Source: Chiloscyllium plagiosum (lineage: Eukaryota). From it: a DNA stretch of 64,000 bases. Shown here piece after piece: positions 1 to 13,494 of the stretch. The DNA is taken from assembly GCF_004010195.1 (NCBI RefSeq), contig NC_057756.1, positions 4,855,211 through 4,919,210 of the forward strand, written 5' to 3'. Below the pieces are notes generated by a model that saw nothing but the letters and a program-made list of their open reading frames with translations, did no database searches and was not told the origin of the DNA. Position 1 is the stretch's first letter. Every line of letters starts with the position of its first letter. The translations under genes were made by a program, and so were the position numbers.

Positions 1-328
1 CCACCTTGTCTCAGTCAAATCCCTCGAACTCAGCACCACCTTCCTAACCTGCAATCTTCTTCCTGGCCTCTCCGTCCCCACCCCCACTCCGGCCTATCAC
101 CTCACCTTAACCTCCTCCCACCTATCGCATTTCCAACGCCCCTCCCCCAAGTCCCTCCTCCATACCTTTTATCTTTGCCTGCTGGGCACACTTTCCTCAT
201 TCCTGAAGAAGGGCTCATGCCCGAAACGTCGATTCTCCTGCTCCTTGGATGCTGCCTGACCTGCTGTGCTTTTCCAGCAACACATTTTCAGCTCTGATCT
301 CCAGCATCTGCAGTCCTCACTTTCTCCT
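1..328 (+). mobile_element. Penelope-like element 3' end / pseudo-LTR with hammerhead motif (199-234)
   Basis: C-rich 3' region followed by ctgaagaagggctcatgcccgaaacgtc and the terminal ccagcatctgcagtcctcactttctcc, shared with 16183-16838 and 63290-63860. Confidence 0.8.
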
Positions 329-349
329 GGGGTTGTAATAATACACTGA

Positions 350-516
350 AATATAAGCCTGCCCGCAAACACAGAAGGGAAGAAATTGTATTAAAATGGA
401 TGCAGAGTTTATTTGGTTAGCAGCAGCCTGAGTACCGAACAACCCAGAGACAATAGTTCATCAGTATCCTTGCTTCTAAGATAGAGTCCAAAACTGGAAT
501 TTGCATTTTAGAATTC
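350..516 (+). pseudogene. Decayed antigen-receptor V-like remnant
   Basis: Reading across frameshifts: TEG.EIVLK(C)..SL(F)W.QQP..EQP.TIVHQY..ASKIESKTGICILE; cut by a CR1 at 516. Confidence 0.45.
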
Positions 517-1109
517 ATAGAGTCTTAAAGATGTCTGGCACAGAAACAGACTTATCATAGAATCACTACAGTGTCGAAACAGACCATTAGGCCCAACAAG
601 TCCACACCAACCCTCCGCCATTACATTTCTCCAGGCTACTCCACCCTAACCTACACACCCCTAAACACTATGGGTGATTTAGCACATCCAATTCACCTAA
701 CCTGCACATCTTTGGGTTGTGGGAGGAAACCGGAGCACATGGAGTAAACCCACACAGACACGGGAAGACTATGCAAACTCTACACAGACAGTCACCCAAG
801 GGGGCATCGAACCTGGGTCCCTTGCGCTGTGAGGCAGAAGTGCTAACCACTGAGCCACCATGCTGCCCTAACCTAATCTATTCCCATTTGCCAGCACTTT
901 AGAGAGATCTCTAAACCCTTCCTCTTCATATACTGACCCAGATGCCTTTTAAATGCTGCAGTTGTGCCAGCCTCCACCACTTCATCTGGCAGCTCATTCC
1001 ATACATTCACAACCCTCTGTATGAGGAAGTGGACCCTTAGGTCCCTTCTTTGGATGATTGGCTAACCAGAAGTTCAGGGGTCATGGACCATTTCTGATCT
1101 TGTTAAATG

Positions 1110-1400
1110 TCTTTGAACATCTTCTGAGGATTATCGCCAACTTGTAAACTCTGCTTCACCATTTTTGTGAAAGGACGTTGATTGCTTACAATGAGCATAC
1201 ATACATGTCATTGATGTTGCTGTATACAAGCCGGAGACCTATCCTGCGTAACCTCTTGTACCAGCTTTAATAGCATCAGTAAAGTTGTATGAAGTAGCAT
1301 TGACTCCTTGCTGACCACTATTTAGAAATTATACAGTTAAAAGACATCTGTGCTCAACCTTGTGCGATGCATATGACCAAGCCCGAGAGGGGCTGGAACC
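1110..1400 (-). pseudogene. Decayed TCR V-alpha-like segment with leader exon
   Basis: Leader-like LSGLVICIAQG|gt (1358), acceptor at 1318; QGVNAT..NFTDA.SWYKRL..IGLRLVY (W at 1261-1263); FR3 QSTSFH..VKQSLQVGD. Confidence 0.55.
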
Positions 1401-1499
1401 TATTTATCTTTAAGACCACAGCGTGCATCGCAGATGACCAACTGTTTTTCGCCCATCTCAGAGGGTAGGGCTTGCACAATTGACAGTAGGGCTTTGGGT

Positions 1500-2195
1500 A
1501 GTTATAGAACAGAGGGACCGAGGGGTACAGGTACTTAATTCTTTGAAGTTTGCATCACATATAGACAGAGTGGTTAAAAAGTGTTTAGCACACCCACCTT
1601 CATTGCTCAGTCCTTCGAGTATAGGGGTTGGGAAGTCATCTTGAGGTTGTACAGAAAATTGGTGAGGCCTCTTTTGGAATACTGGGTCCAGTTCTGGTCG
1701 CCCTGTTATGGGAAGGATGTTGTTAAGCTGGTGAGGGTTCAGGAGAGATTTACCAGGATGTTGCTGGGTATTGAAGGTGTGAGTTATAAAGAAAGGCTGG
1801 GACTTCTATCATTGGAGCGTAGGAGGTTGCGCGCCAATTTGATCGAAGTTATAAAATAATGAGAGGCATGGATAGAGTTAATGGTGGTTGTCTTTTCCCT
1901 AGGATGGGGGATTTCAAGACGTTTTTAAGATGAAAGGAGAGAGATTTTAAAAAGACATAAGTGGCAATATTTTTACACAGAGGGTGGTTCGCGTGTAGAA
2001 TGAACCTCCTGAGAAAATAGTGGATGTGGGTACAATTACAACATTTAAAAGACATTTGGATAAGTCCATGGATAGGAAAGGTTTGGAAGAGTAAAGGCTA
2101 GGAGCTGGCAGATGAGAGTAGTTTAGTTCGGGATTATGTTCAGCATGGACTGGTTGGACCAAAGGGTCTGTTTCCTTGCTGTATGACTCCATGAC
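1500..2195 (+). mobile_element. CR1/HER1 LINE 3' fragment
   Basis: RT C-terminus LYRKLVRPLLEYWVQFWSP..RVQERFTRM..SLERRRLR and typical 3' UTR. Similar fragments at 516-1050(-), 2915-3285(+), 3935-4478(+), 4735-5135(+). Confidence 0.9.
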
Positions 2196-2224
2196 TCTTT
2201 GAAAACCATTAACACATCTGACAG

Positions 2225-2405
2225 GGTTGCAATAACTGCCAATTCAATTTTCTAGGTGTTCTAGTGGAGACAGTCATCTGAGTAGTCAGTTGCAAAAGAA
2301 TAGTTAATACCCAGGTTCCATCAGCAGATACATGTAGCATTGTTTGCCTGGATGATATTTACTTCTGAAAAGTGTGAAAGTTGAGTCACACGCAGCGACA
2401 TTTAT
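2225..2405 (-). pseudogene. Decayed V-like remnant
   Basis: NVAACDSTFTLF..YHPGKQ..YLL..LH.N..LAV(Y)C. Confidence 0.4.
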
Positions 2406-3433
2406 TCATGAACAAGACGGCAGCAGATTAGGGCTCTTGAGCCTGAAGCTCGTTCGCTCTGTCTGCTTTTCATTTTGTTTCTATTTCTTTTCTTTCTCTT
2501 GTTTTTTACCATTTTTCTCATTTACTTACCTCTTATATCACTCACTTACTGTAGAGAGTTCAGAGGGCATTAACAGCAGAGAGCTATCTCGACACAGGTT
2601 CATGGAGGGAGAGCAAGCCGAGCGTGGAGGTGAGTGAAGCCAATGCAGAGATGAGTGGGCCCGGTGTTGGGATGAGAAAGCCCAGCAAGGAGGAGAGCAG
2701 GTACACACAGGACACTAAGAAACAGCAGCTGCTACATTGGCGGAGGTGACGCCTGTAGGCCTAGCGGCGAACTTTGGCACATGAGGATTGGTGGTTTTGT
2801 TCTTGGTTGTGCTGGATGGCAATATTGGCGAGGCAGGCCTCAGCAAGAGATGCAATTCTAACGTGGGTGGAGTGATAGAGATGAATTGGAGCCTTCAGCA
2901 TTACTTAGGCCTGAAACAGTCAGTATACTGAAAGAACTAGACAGAGTCGATGTTGGGAAGATGTTCCCATTGGTAGGAGAGACTCAGACACAAGGGAACA
3001 GCCTTAGAGTAAGGGGAAGACCTTTTAGGATGCAGATAAGGAGAAACATCTTCAGCCAGAGAGTGGGGAATCTGTGGGATTCACTGCCACAGAAGGCTGT
3101 GGAGGCCAGGTCATTGAGTATAGTTAAGACTGAAATAGATAGGTTCTTGATTGGCAAAGGGATCAGAGGTTATGGGGAGAAAGTTGGAGAATCAGGTTGA
3201 GAAATGTATCAGCCATGATTGAATGGCAGAGCCAATTTGATGGGCTGAATGGCCTAATTTCTGCTCCTATATCTCATGGTCTTAGTCAGAGACATTGCAT
3301 TCTTCTTGTAGATTCTTTCATTTTCAATGGAATAAGTCTTTGTTGAGATGTGTGGACTGTCTCCACTATTGGCAACCTCTTTCCTTTTAACCTCTTTCCT
3401 ATTTACCATTCCACCATTGTTGAGTAATTGGGT

Positions 3434-3655
3434 ATACAGTTTTTTTTATAACGCGATAATCCTGTTTCTGTGCAACCCCGTGCTGTACAAAACTCACGCA
3501 ATACAAATAATACTTAAAGTGTTGGCGATCTAATCACATTATAGACAATACACATTTTACAAGCTCGTGTTTTAGAAACAGCATTCCCATTTCAGCAATC
3601 GCGTTATAGCCAATTTGTGTGAACGAAAGATGAGTAGTAGCAGAACTGACTGTAC
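3434..3655. mobile_element. Tc1/mariner-type MITE remnant
   Basis: Ends tacagt...actgta (TA-flanked CAGT termini) with imperfect TIRs and internal ataacgcgat/atcgcgttat inverted motifs. Confidence 0.55.
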
Positions 3656-4524
3656 AAGAGTCAGGATGTCTTTGGGGGTTAAGCTACACTTATGGATGTG
3701 GGTCTGCTCGCTGAGCTGGAAGGTTCCAGATGTTTCGTCACCCTACTAGTGGGCCTCAGGCAAAGCTCTGCTGATAATTCCTGCTTTCTATTTATATGTT
3801 TAGGTTTCTTTGGGTTGCTGATGTCATTTCCTGTGGTGATGTAACTTCCTGTGGTGAAGTCACTTCCTGTTCCTTTTCCCAAGTGGTAGTAGGTGGGGTC
3901 TAACTCAATGTATTTGTTGATACAGTTCCGGTTAGAATATTGTGTTCAATTCTGGTCACCACATTAACGGAAGGATGTGAAGGCTTTGGAGAGGGTCCAG
4001 AGAGGTTTACCAGGATCCTGCCTGGATGAGAGAGTATGAGCTAAAAGGAGACTCTAGAAAAAGCTGGATTGTTTTCTCAGGAGCAGTGGAGACTGAGGGC
4101 AGAATTGATAGGAGTCTATAAAATTATGAGATGCATAGATTGGGTTGAGAGTCAGAATCTTTTTCCCAGAGTTGAAATGTCTAATACCAAGGGCCATGAA
4201 TTTAAGGTGAGAGAGGGAAAGTTCAAAGGAGATGTGAGGGACAAGTCTTTTTTGCACAGAGTGGTAGGAATCTGAAACACACTGCTAGGGGTGATGGTTG
4301 AGGCAGATACAATAGGGCTGTTTAAGGGAATTTCAGATGAGCACAGGAACATGCTAAGAATGGAGAGATATGGACTAAGAGCAGGCAAAAGGGACTAGTT
4401 TAATTTGGCATCATGTTTTTCACAAAATTGTTGGCTGAAGGGCCCATTCCTGGGCTGTATTGTTCTATGTTCTATGTTCAACTTTGTCTTGATATCCTTA
4501 CATTCATTTTTATTAAAGTTTCAG

Positions 4525-5225
4525 ACACTAACTGCAGTTTTGCACTCAAACTCATTCTGAAATTCCATCATATTATGATCACGCTTACCGAGATGATCCT
4601 ATAATTTGAGCTATTAATTAATCCTGTATCATTATATGGGGCCGGGTCTACATTAGCCTGTTACCCGATTGCTTCCAGTATATATTGTTTGGAAATGCCT
4701 TTCATGCATCATACGCTGTAATGTGTAGGCTACAAAGTGTTGGAGGCTGAGGGGTGTCCTTATAGAGGTTTATAAAATCACAAGGGGCTTGGACAGGGTA
4801 AATGGACAAGGTATTTTCCCTGGGGTGGGGGAGTCCAGAACTAGAGGGCACAGGTTTAGGGTGAGAGGGGAAAAATTGAAAAGGGACCTAAGAGGCAACC
4901 TTTTCATGCAGGGTGTAGTGCGTGTATGGAATGAGCTGCCAAAATCAGTGGTGGAGGCTGGTACAATTACAACATTTAAAAGGCATCTGGATGGTCTATG
5001 AATAGGAAGAGTTTAGAGGGATATTGGCCCAAGTGCTGGCAAATGGGTCTAAATTAGTTTAGGATATCTGATCGGCAGTTGGCCCAAAGGGTCTGTTTCC
5101 ATGCTGTACATCTCAATGACTTTATCTATGACTCTATTTGCCAGTTTGATTTGTCCACTGTATTTAAAGATTAAAACCACCCATGTTATTGCAGTGCCCT
5201 TTTCACAAACTCCCCCCACAATTTG
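4525..5225 (+). pseudogene. Possible V-like remnant split by a CR1 insertion
   Basis: Acceptor tttcag|; ITLT; YHYMGPGLH*; after the CR1, ..KD....CYC.. followed by CACAAT. Confidence 0.3.
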
Positions 5226-5621
5226 TTGGTTTAAAGTATCTCCCGTAGGACAGCTTCTGCTGTGAAGCATATAAGCATTCCTGCAAATGTGTTACTTTAT
5301 TTATTATTCCTTACCTGCGCTCAAACTGATTCAACTTTATAATCCTGCACACCAAGAGAATGTCCCACTCTTCTCCTTCTTCTTTATAAATGCTACCACG
5401 TATCTGACAGTCAATGCTCCCACAGTGCTAACTCACGGAGCAATGCAGCATTCCCTTTGCGCAGCTCCTCCATCAATTCAGCGGCCTCTCAGTAATGCAA
5501 AAGATTGTGGGTCTGGATTTTTTCAATGACTTGCTGCAGTCGCTCCTACAACCTTCTGACTCAGCCCAGGGAGCATTCACTGAACAGAAAGATGATGTCA
5601 AATACTTATGGAAAAGTCCTG

Positions 5622-6166
5622 TTGCATGTGCCTTTCACCTTTCTCTGACCTGCCACTTTCATTATTTGTAGCTTTGCGTGCCATGTTAAACTAAAAATGA
5701 TTCAACTTTTAGTACCAAGATGTTTCGTTATTGCTCATTGTTTTCTATCCAGTTTCAAATACTGCTCCATCTGCAATTGGGCTCAGTTAATAAATGATAT
5801 TTTCCAGATTGCAACCACTTTGGATAATCCATTCTTACTGAAAAGAACAGATTGTTAGGGTAATTAAAGTAGTGCAGCTGATTTTGTATAGGCACACATT
5901 CTTTTGATGTTTTATTTTTAATGCAGACAAAACATCTGAACAGAAGCCAGGCTCACAGAAACATCGAAACCTCATGATTGAATAGAGGTGTTGTGCCATA
6001 TCTGTAAAAGCAAGATTACGCAAAAAATAGATAACAATAGGCAAGACAGATTGAACCAGTTTCTTTCAAATCAATCGTGTTGACGTTTTGAACACGTGAA
6101 GTTTTATGGTATCGAGTTAATGGGCTAGTGATAGATTCTATCAGGATTGCGAAATGTTCAAAAATT
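5622..6166 (+). pseudogene. Decayed leader-intron-V-RSS unit (paralog of 27628-28112)
   Basis: Leader-like HVPFTFL*PATFII + phase-1 gt (5668); 85-nt intron ending ctatccag (5752); EQKPG (5941); FFQINRVDVLNT..FY(G); AGTG..tcaaaaatt RSS-like tail. Confidence 0.6.
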
Positions 6167-6489
6167 GTGCATTTTTCCCAGTTTATCTGGGTTAATTAAT
6201 GCAATGAACTTGAAAGATGTACCATCTAACTGAAGAAAGATAATTTTGAAGCCAGTAAATTAAAGTAGGCCTCGATCATGTATAAAATGATCCAAAATGT
6301 AGAATTTACGATGAAATCCACTTCTTCCTCTTTCACCTAAATCTAGTTTCTGGGGTTTTCTGGTCTCTTCCAATGAAATACACTTGAATTAAGTTTCTTA
6401 GAAAAAGTATTGTCTTTCATATTCTGTATGCAGAAGCTGAATTTGACTGTGTGTCTGTGTGTGTGTAAAACTAACAGTCCTTTGTTTTG

Positions 6490-6690
6490 CTGTCTCAAGT
6501 GGGATGAATATCGCAGTAGCTTAAGTCATAATTGTAACCGGCCACGGTCTCCCTAATCACCTTATATACTTCCCTTTTTTCTCCGTTTGATAAAGTTCGA
6601 CGCCATCTCAGAGCTATGGGACCTGGCTCCTTGCCCTTGTCCAGGTTTTTGATTGGAAAGCTGGAGAACTTACTGTAAGATCTCACTTTG
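6490..6690 (-). pseudogene. Decayed V FR3-like remnant
   Basis: NGEKREVYKVIRETVAG..DLSYCDIHP resembles the V-alpha FR3 pattern NKEK..VDL.IS......YYCALRP. Confidence 0.35.
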
Positions 6691-7735
6691 TGAACTTTCC
6701 ATCCCTGACCATCCTATATGTTTGATGCTGGTGAATCAACTCCCCCTTCCTTGGTGCCATTCCCCATTTACTGAAACCTTCCTCTGTCCTCTCTGACAAC
6801 GCCAACTGTCCTGTCCTTTGCTCTCTCTGCACCATCCAGACAGTTATTTTCCTTCAGTGAACTTCCAACTCTTTCTTTGCTCTCTCTTTCTCTTTTTAGT
6901 ATCTTTCTGGCCCCCCTTCTTTCTCTGAATCTCTTTCTCTGTGCCTTTTGCTTTCTGTTATATTCTCTCAGTCTCTTACTTGTTGCTTTATGGTAATGTG
7001 CGATCTCTCTCCCAGACAATTTCTCTCCGACCATCTCTCTCTTTCCATCACTTCACCACTCACTCCATCCATTCTGAACGTACAGTAATTTTATTCTCCT
7101 TTGAGACAGCAGGTTTCAGAAACTGTGTGAAATGTTTACACCTACTCTACTCTTTGTAATCTTTTGATGATGGCTACTTGTGCTCCAGCCACTGAAAGCA
7201 ATTTATCTATTTACTCTATAAAAGAAAAAACTGGGGAGTGGGACTGATCAGTTACTCCTGTCAAAAATAAAAACAGTAAGGGCTATAGGAACTCAGTAAG
7301 TCTGGCAGTATTAAGAAACATTTCGGGTCGAGACTGGTAAATTAGTTACATCGGCCAAAGCATCCTAATTTTATTTATATCTGTCAAAGAGTTAGCCTAC
7401 ACAGATGGACCGAATAGCCTCGTTATGTGTTATACTGTTTGATTAAAGGAGACGGATAAGTAACAGACACACACATACCAAAATGCAAACAGAAAGAAAG
7501 TGCTCTTGAAACACCAAGCGACAAAACATTTCCACACAGGAAACATGCACAGACACAGATATATTGGACCCAGACTTATGCATAAAACTTACAGAGAACC
7601 TAAAATAAATTGACCAAAGCATGAGATCGTGGCATAATAAATGTAGACACCACTAAACCTTTACAGACTACCTTAACTGAGTGCGGAAATGGGGAATGCA
7701 AATCAGATTTGTTATACAATTCATGGTTTTGACAG

Positions 7736-8100
7736 GTTGGCTACCCGGCAAAGTTACTAACCATGGAGTCAGACAGTTCAAAAGGGTGAACTTCAGCTTG
7801 TTGGTCTGCAGTCATTTATCTTCATTTCAAATCCCCATCCATGGAAACTAATCATGGACAATTGAAGGAGCAAATTACTGCAGATGCTGGAATCTGTACT
7901 GGAAACAACAAATGCTGGAGTGCATCAGATAGCATCCACAGAGAGAGAGAGCAAACAAACTTTTCGAGTCTAGACAATAGAATCTGTTTCCACTATCCTT
8001 TCAAGAAGAATTTTCCAGCTGCTGTACAAGATCATTTCTCAGCAACCTCCCCTTTCTTTCAAAATTATTTTGTGTTGGTGTTCTCTGGTTTTCAAGCCTC
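7736..8100 (+). pseudogene. Decayed V segment (V-delta/IgH-like FR3), split by a short retro-insertion at 7864-7980
   Basis: Acceptor ttttgacag|; GKVT..SLLVCS.LSSF..PIH; then FPAAVQDHFSATSPFFQNYFVLVFSGFQAS; truncated by CR1. Confidence 0.6.
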
Positions 8101-9120
8101 ACAGAATCCTAAAGTCACACAGCACAGAAACAGCCCAACTCATCCATGTCAACCAGGTTTCCTGAACTGAACTAGTCCCATTTGCTTGGCTCATATTCCT
8201 CTAAATCTTTCCTATTCAGTGTCTTTCAAATGTTGTAATTGTATCTCCTTCTACCAATTCCTCTGGCAGCACTTTCCCTATACTCTCTATGCCCTCTGTG
8301 TGAAAAGGTTGCACTCAGGTCCTTTTCCTCTCTCACCTTAAATCTCTGCTCTCTAGTTTTGAACTCCCATACCCTGAGGAAAAGACCTTGGCTGTTCACT
8401 TTATCCATGCCCCTCATGATTTTATAAACCTCTATAACGTCAGCCCTCAGCCTCCTGGATTCAAAGGAGGAGAGACCCAGCCCCAGTCTGACGTAGCTTG
8501 GTGGCTCAGTGGTTAGCACTGCTGCCTCACAGCACCAGGGACCTGTGTTCGGTTCTAGCCTCGGGTGACTGCGTGAAGTTTGCACATTCTTCCATGTCTG
8601 TGTGGGTTTCCTCCCACAGTCCAAAGATGTGCAGATTAGGTGAATTGGCCATGCTAAATTGCCCATAGTATTAGGTATATTAGCTGGGGTAAATATAAGG
8701 GTCTGGGTGGATTACTCTTCAGAGGGTCAGTATGGACTTGTTGGGATGAAGGGCCTGTTTCCCATAATGTAGGAAATCTAACCAGCCTCTCCTTATAACT
8801 CGTAACGTCCTTGTAAATCTTTTTTGCACTCTTTCCAGTTAAAAACATTGTTCCCATAGGAGGGCGACCAGAATGGTCTACAGTACACTAAATGTAGCCT
8901 TACCAATGTCTTCTATAACTGTATAAGATGTCCCAACTCCTGTACTCAATGCTCTAACCAATGAAGTCAAGCATGCCAACAGTCTTTTTCACTACTGTCC
9001 AACTGTGACACCATTTTCAAGGAACTATGTCACTGCGCCCCTGGTGTCTCTGTTCATCAACACTCCCCAGAGCCCGACCACTGTGTAAGTCCTGCCCTTG
9101 TAAATCTTACTAAAATGCAA
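8100..9120 (-). mobile_element. CR1/HER1 LINE fragment with nested HE1 SINE (8493-8780, +)
   Basis: SFESRRLRADVIEVYKIMRGMDKVN on the minus strand. Confidence 0.85.
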
Positions 9121-9124
9121 CGTT

Positions 9125-9215
9125 CATTTATTTTATAAATTTCTATGTAAATATTTGTATCATATAAATGTTGCAAATATTTATTTATTTTGTAAGCCAA
9201 GATTTGGTCAGCAAG
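9125..9215 (+). pseudogene. V FR1-CDR1-like fragment
   Basis: LCKYL....ANIYLF(C/W)..FGQ between CR1 and SINE. Confidence 0.3.
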
Positions 9216-9220
9216 CATTG

Positions 9221-10287
9221 GGGGTGGCTTGGTGGCCCAGTGGTTAGCACTGCTACCTCACAGCACCAGGGACCCAGGTTCTATTCCAGCCTTGGGTGAC
9301 TGTCTGTGTGGAGTTTGTACATTCTCCCTGTGTCTGCGAGGATTTCCTATCGGTGCTCTAGTTTCCTCCCACAGTCCAAAGATATGCAGGTTAGGTGAAT
9401 AGGCTATGCTAAATTGTCCCATAGTGTTCAGGGATGTGTAAGTTAGGGTGGATTGGCCATGCTAAATTGCCTATCGTGTTCAGAGATGTGTAGGTTAGGG
9501 TGGATTGGCCATGCTAAATTGCCTATAGTGTTCAGGGATGTGTAGGTTAGGGTGGATTGGCCATGCTAAATTACCTATCTGTAGATTAGGATAAATTGGC
9601 CATGCTAAATTGCCTATAGTGTTCAGGGATGTGTAGGTTAGGGTGGATTGGCCGTGCTAAATTGCCTATAGTGTTCAGGGATATATAGGTTAGGATGGAT
9701 TGGCCGTGCTAAATTGCCTATAGTGTTCAGGGATGTGTAGGTTAGGATGGATTGGCCATGCTAAATTGCCTATAGTGTTCAGGGATGTGTAGGTTAGGGT
9801 GGATAGGCCGTGCTAAATTACCCCATAGTGTTCAGGGATGTGTGGGTTAGGGTGGATAGACCATGCTAAATTACCCCATAGTGTTCAGGGATGTGTAGGT
9901 TATGGTGGATTGGCCATGCTAAATTACCCATAGTGTTCAGGGATGTGTAAGTTCGGGTGGATTGGCCAAGGGAAATAGCCCCATAGTGTTCAAGGATGTA
10001 TAGGTTAGGGTGGATTGGCCGTGCTAAATTGCCCCATAGTATTCAGGGATGTGTAGGTTAGGGTGGATTGGCCATGCTAAATTGCCCCATAGTGTTCAGG
10101 AATGTGTAGATTAGGGTGGATTGGCCATGGTAAATTGCCCCATAGTGTTCAGGGATGTGTAGGTTAGGATGGATTGGCCATGCTAAATTGCCCATAGTGT
10201 TCAGGGATGTGTAGGTTAGGTGCCTAAGTATAAGGTAATAAGGGAGGGGAATGGGTCTGGGTGGGTTACCCTTCAAAGGGTTGGTGT
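9221..10287 (+). mobile_element. HE1-type SINE with an internal ~52-bp tandem expansion (~16 copies, ~9388-10220); its 3' end resumes at 18024-18078 after the Gypsy insertion
   Basis: tRNA-like head (gtggcccagtggttagcac..ggttctattcc). Unit aggttagggtggattggccatgctaaattgcctatagtgttcagggatgtgt. The SINE tail ttggacttgttgggcc..ggattctatgattc continues directly after the 3' LTR. Confidence 0.9.
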
Positions 10288-11165
10288 TGTTACAAAGCTG
10301 TTCCTTTTCTCAAGGATACTGTGTCCTTGGTTTTTATCATAAGGGTCGTAAACCACGCTGGCTCTGGATTGACAGGTTTGGTACAGAGATGAAAGGCTTT
10401 TTAGTTTATACCTAAACAGATGAGACTTTAGTCCAAAGCTTACGCTTTAGAAGTGACCTGTATCATGAAAAGGAGAGTGGTCAGTCCTAGAAACTGGAGA
10501 TTTGTTTGAGTCAGTTCAGCAGTGGGCTGTGTGGAAACAGGCTTCCGGGCCCCTCTCTCCTTCTGCCCTCGACCTGTAAACCTTTGTTTCATTTTTACTG
10601 TGTTGAAAGGGGTTTGTTTATTGGGACTATTTTGCATATACGGAACAGCATAATTAAGTCTAGTTTGTATAGGCGCAATTCTGTAGGTGTCCATTTATTC
10701 TGTTTCTTTGTGCATCATTCCATAATTTTGTGAATAATTTTTTTTCTGTCTTAAAACCTGGCAGTCAACCCAGCCACCTTAACTCCAGGCAATTTTCACT
10801 GCACACTTACTAAAGCAAATTGCAAAGTTATTAGAATTAGAATAGATTACAGCGTGGAAACAGGCCCTTCGGCCCAACAAGTCCACACCGACCCGCCGAA
10901 GCGACACCCACCCATACCCCTACATTTACCCCTTACATAACACTACGGGCAATTTAGCATGGCCAATTCACCTGACCCTGCACATCTTTTGGACTGTGGG
11001 AGGAAACCGGAGCACCCGGAGGAAACCCACGCAGACACGGGGAGAACGTGCAAACTCCAAACAGTCAGTCGCCTGAGGCGGGAATTGAACCCGGGTCTCA
11101 GGCGCTGTTATGGTCTGGGCTGCCTGGTTAAGAATGTTTTGAGTGGTCTGGCCTAGCCCATAACA
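10288..11165 (+). repeat. 5' LTR (interrupted by an HE1 SINE at ~10831-11107)
   Basis: Starts tgttacaaagctg, ends gcccataaca; aligns end to end with 17436-18023. Confidence 0.9.
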
Positions 11166-11689
11166 GATTGGGGGTTCTTAGCAGGATTTTAAACAGCAAG
11201 TGGGAGGTGCGAGTGTCATTATTTCAGGTGTTGGTTTGGTTAGGTAGACAAAGCTTGAGATAGCAATGGCTGTTTTAGTTGCCAAGAGTTTTCTGGAGCT
11301 GGAGATAGCAGACAAGCTGGAGTTAGAGCTGCCTCCTTCTGTGAGGAAAGGAGAGATAATTACAGCAGTAGCTCAGCGTTTAAATTCGCTGAAAACACCA
11401 TCAGAATATGTAGAGACGGCAAGAATTCAGTTGCAAACGAAGCCGCTTGAGTTCAAGGTGAGAGATCAGGAAAGGGCAGCAGACTTGAAACAGTTTGAGT
11501 GGAGATTAAGAGCAGAAGAGAGGGGGGAAAGAGAGAACAGCGGAAGAGAAAGGAAAAAAAAAAGATAGCATTTGAACTTCAAAACCCAACACTTTAAAAG
11601 GACAGTCAGCTTAAAAGGTGGAGATAAAGGCTGAGGGTAGGCTTATTGAGGAAGAGAGTGAGGATGAGCAAGCCCCTGGTATTCAAAAG

Positions 11690-11882
11690 GAGAAAGTGAG
11701 GTCTGCAGATGCTGGAGATCAGAGCTGGAAATGTGTTGCTGGAAAAGCGCAGCAGGTCAGGCAGCATCTAGGGAACAGGAGAATCGACGTTTCGGGCATT
11801 AGCCCTTCTTCAGGAATGAGGAAAGTTTGTCCAGCAGGCTAAGATAAAAGATAGGGAGGAGGGTCCAGCAACACATTTCCAG
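11690..11882 (-). mobile_element. Penelope-like terminal fragment inserted in Gypsy gag, 16-bp TSD
   Basis: ccctggtattcaaaag at 11674-11689 and 11883-11898; hammerhead motif 11782-11817 (-); short inverted piece at the right end. Confidence 0.85.
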
Positions 11883-13494
11883 CCCTGGTATTCAAAAGCC
11901 TAGTGAGAAACCGTTTAAGTGTGTTGAAGCATTGCCTAAATTTGATGAGAAGGATGTGGAAGCCTTTTTCATCTCATTTGAAAAGGTAGCTAAACAAATG
12001 CAGTGGCCATTGACCATGTAGGTTTTGTTGATCCAAACAAAACTTGTAGGTAGGCCCAGTTAGGCCTTCGGATCTCTATCAGTGGAGCTATCTGGGGAGA
12101 ATGAGGAAGTGAAAAACGCCATCTGAAGTGTGTATGAGCTTGTACCAGAAGCCTAAAGACGAAACTAAGGAGGGATCCCAGTCAAATCTACACTGAGTTT
12201 GAAAGGTTCAAACAAAGTAATTTTGATAGATGGATAAGAGCTTTAAATATAGAGCAAACCTAAAGAGGTCATTATTTTGGAGGAATTCAAAAATTCACTG
12301 CCTGAAGTAGCACAAACTCATGTGGAAGAGCAGAGAGTTAAAACAACAAGGTTGGCAGCTGAAGGGGCTGATGGTTATGAGCTGGTCCATAAAACACGGT
12401 TTGACTTTCAGAATCAATTTCAGTCCATGAGGGGTAGAAATTGGGGCAAAGACAAATCCTCACATGGAAAGGGAAAGGTAGATCTCAGTGAAGATCATAA
12501 GGAGAACTTACCACAGGGTTAAAAGGAAACCCTTGAGAGGGAGAAAGAAGTTAAAAAGCTCTAGTGTTTTCATTGTAATGAAGTGGGCCACACAAAATCA
12601 GTGTTGGTGGGAGAGGAGAAAGCCAGATGTAGGAAAACCAGATAAAGCCTGGAAGTTTAGATGGCATGGTAACAGAAAGCCCAATGGAAGCTGGAAAGCT
12701 GAATCAGAGGTTGATTAAGGAGGAAGTGCTGGATATAAATATACTTGCAAGGGTAAAGTTTATTTGCCAGGAGTAGCAGGTAAAGAGGTTACAATATTAA
12801 GGGACACAGGATCCTCTCAGTCTGTGATTCAGAAGGGTGAGGAGATATGTACTCCTATTGCCAGAAAAGGGACTGCTAACTGGAATCCACGGTGAGACAA
12901 AAAGTGCTCAATTATGTAAAGCGAGACTAGAGAGTCCGGAGAAGAGTGGAGAATCTGTAGTAGGAGTACTGGGCAAACTTTCAGCTCCAGGAATACAATT
13001 TGTCCTTGTAAATGATGTAGCTGATTCACCGGTAGGCGTGCTGCCTACTCTAGTTGAAAAGCCAGTGGAGACTCAGGCAACTAAAACACTATCAGAGGTT
13101 TATTTGGAAATTTTCCCAGATTGCGTCTTAACGAGGTCACAGAGGCACAAGCTGAAACAGGAGAGATCAAAAGGCACAGATAAGGAAGCTCAAGTAGCGT
13201 TATCAGAGACATTTTTTGATCAGATAAGTGGAACAGAATAGGAGCAAACGGGTAAAAATGCAAGAATCTTTAACTCTGCTAAGCTTTATTGAGTTGCAGC
13301 AGAAAGATGATAATTTAAAACAATTGTATCAAAAAGGCATATACCGAGAAGGAGAGTGAATTTATTCCTGTGTGGTGTTACTTCACAAATTATGTCTTAA
13401 TGAGGAAATGGAGACCATCACACATTCAAGCAGATGATTAAATGGGCAGCAGTTCATCAGATTGTTTTGCCAGTGGGACATAGAAAGGAGGTGC

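Noticed and set aside
9388..10220. CRISPR-like regular array
   Set aside because: No unique spacers, derived from a SINE, eukaryotic DNA.
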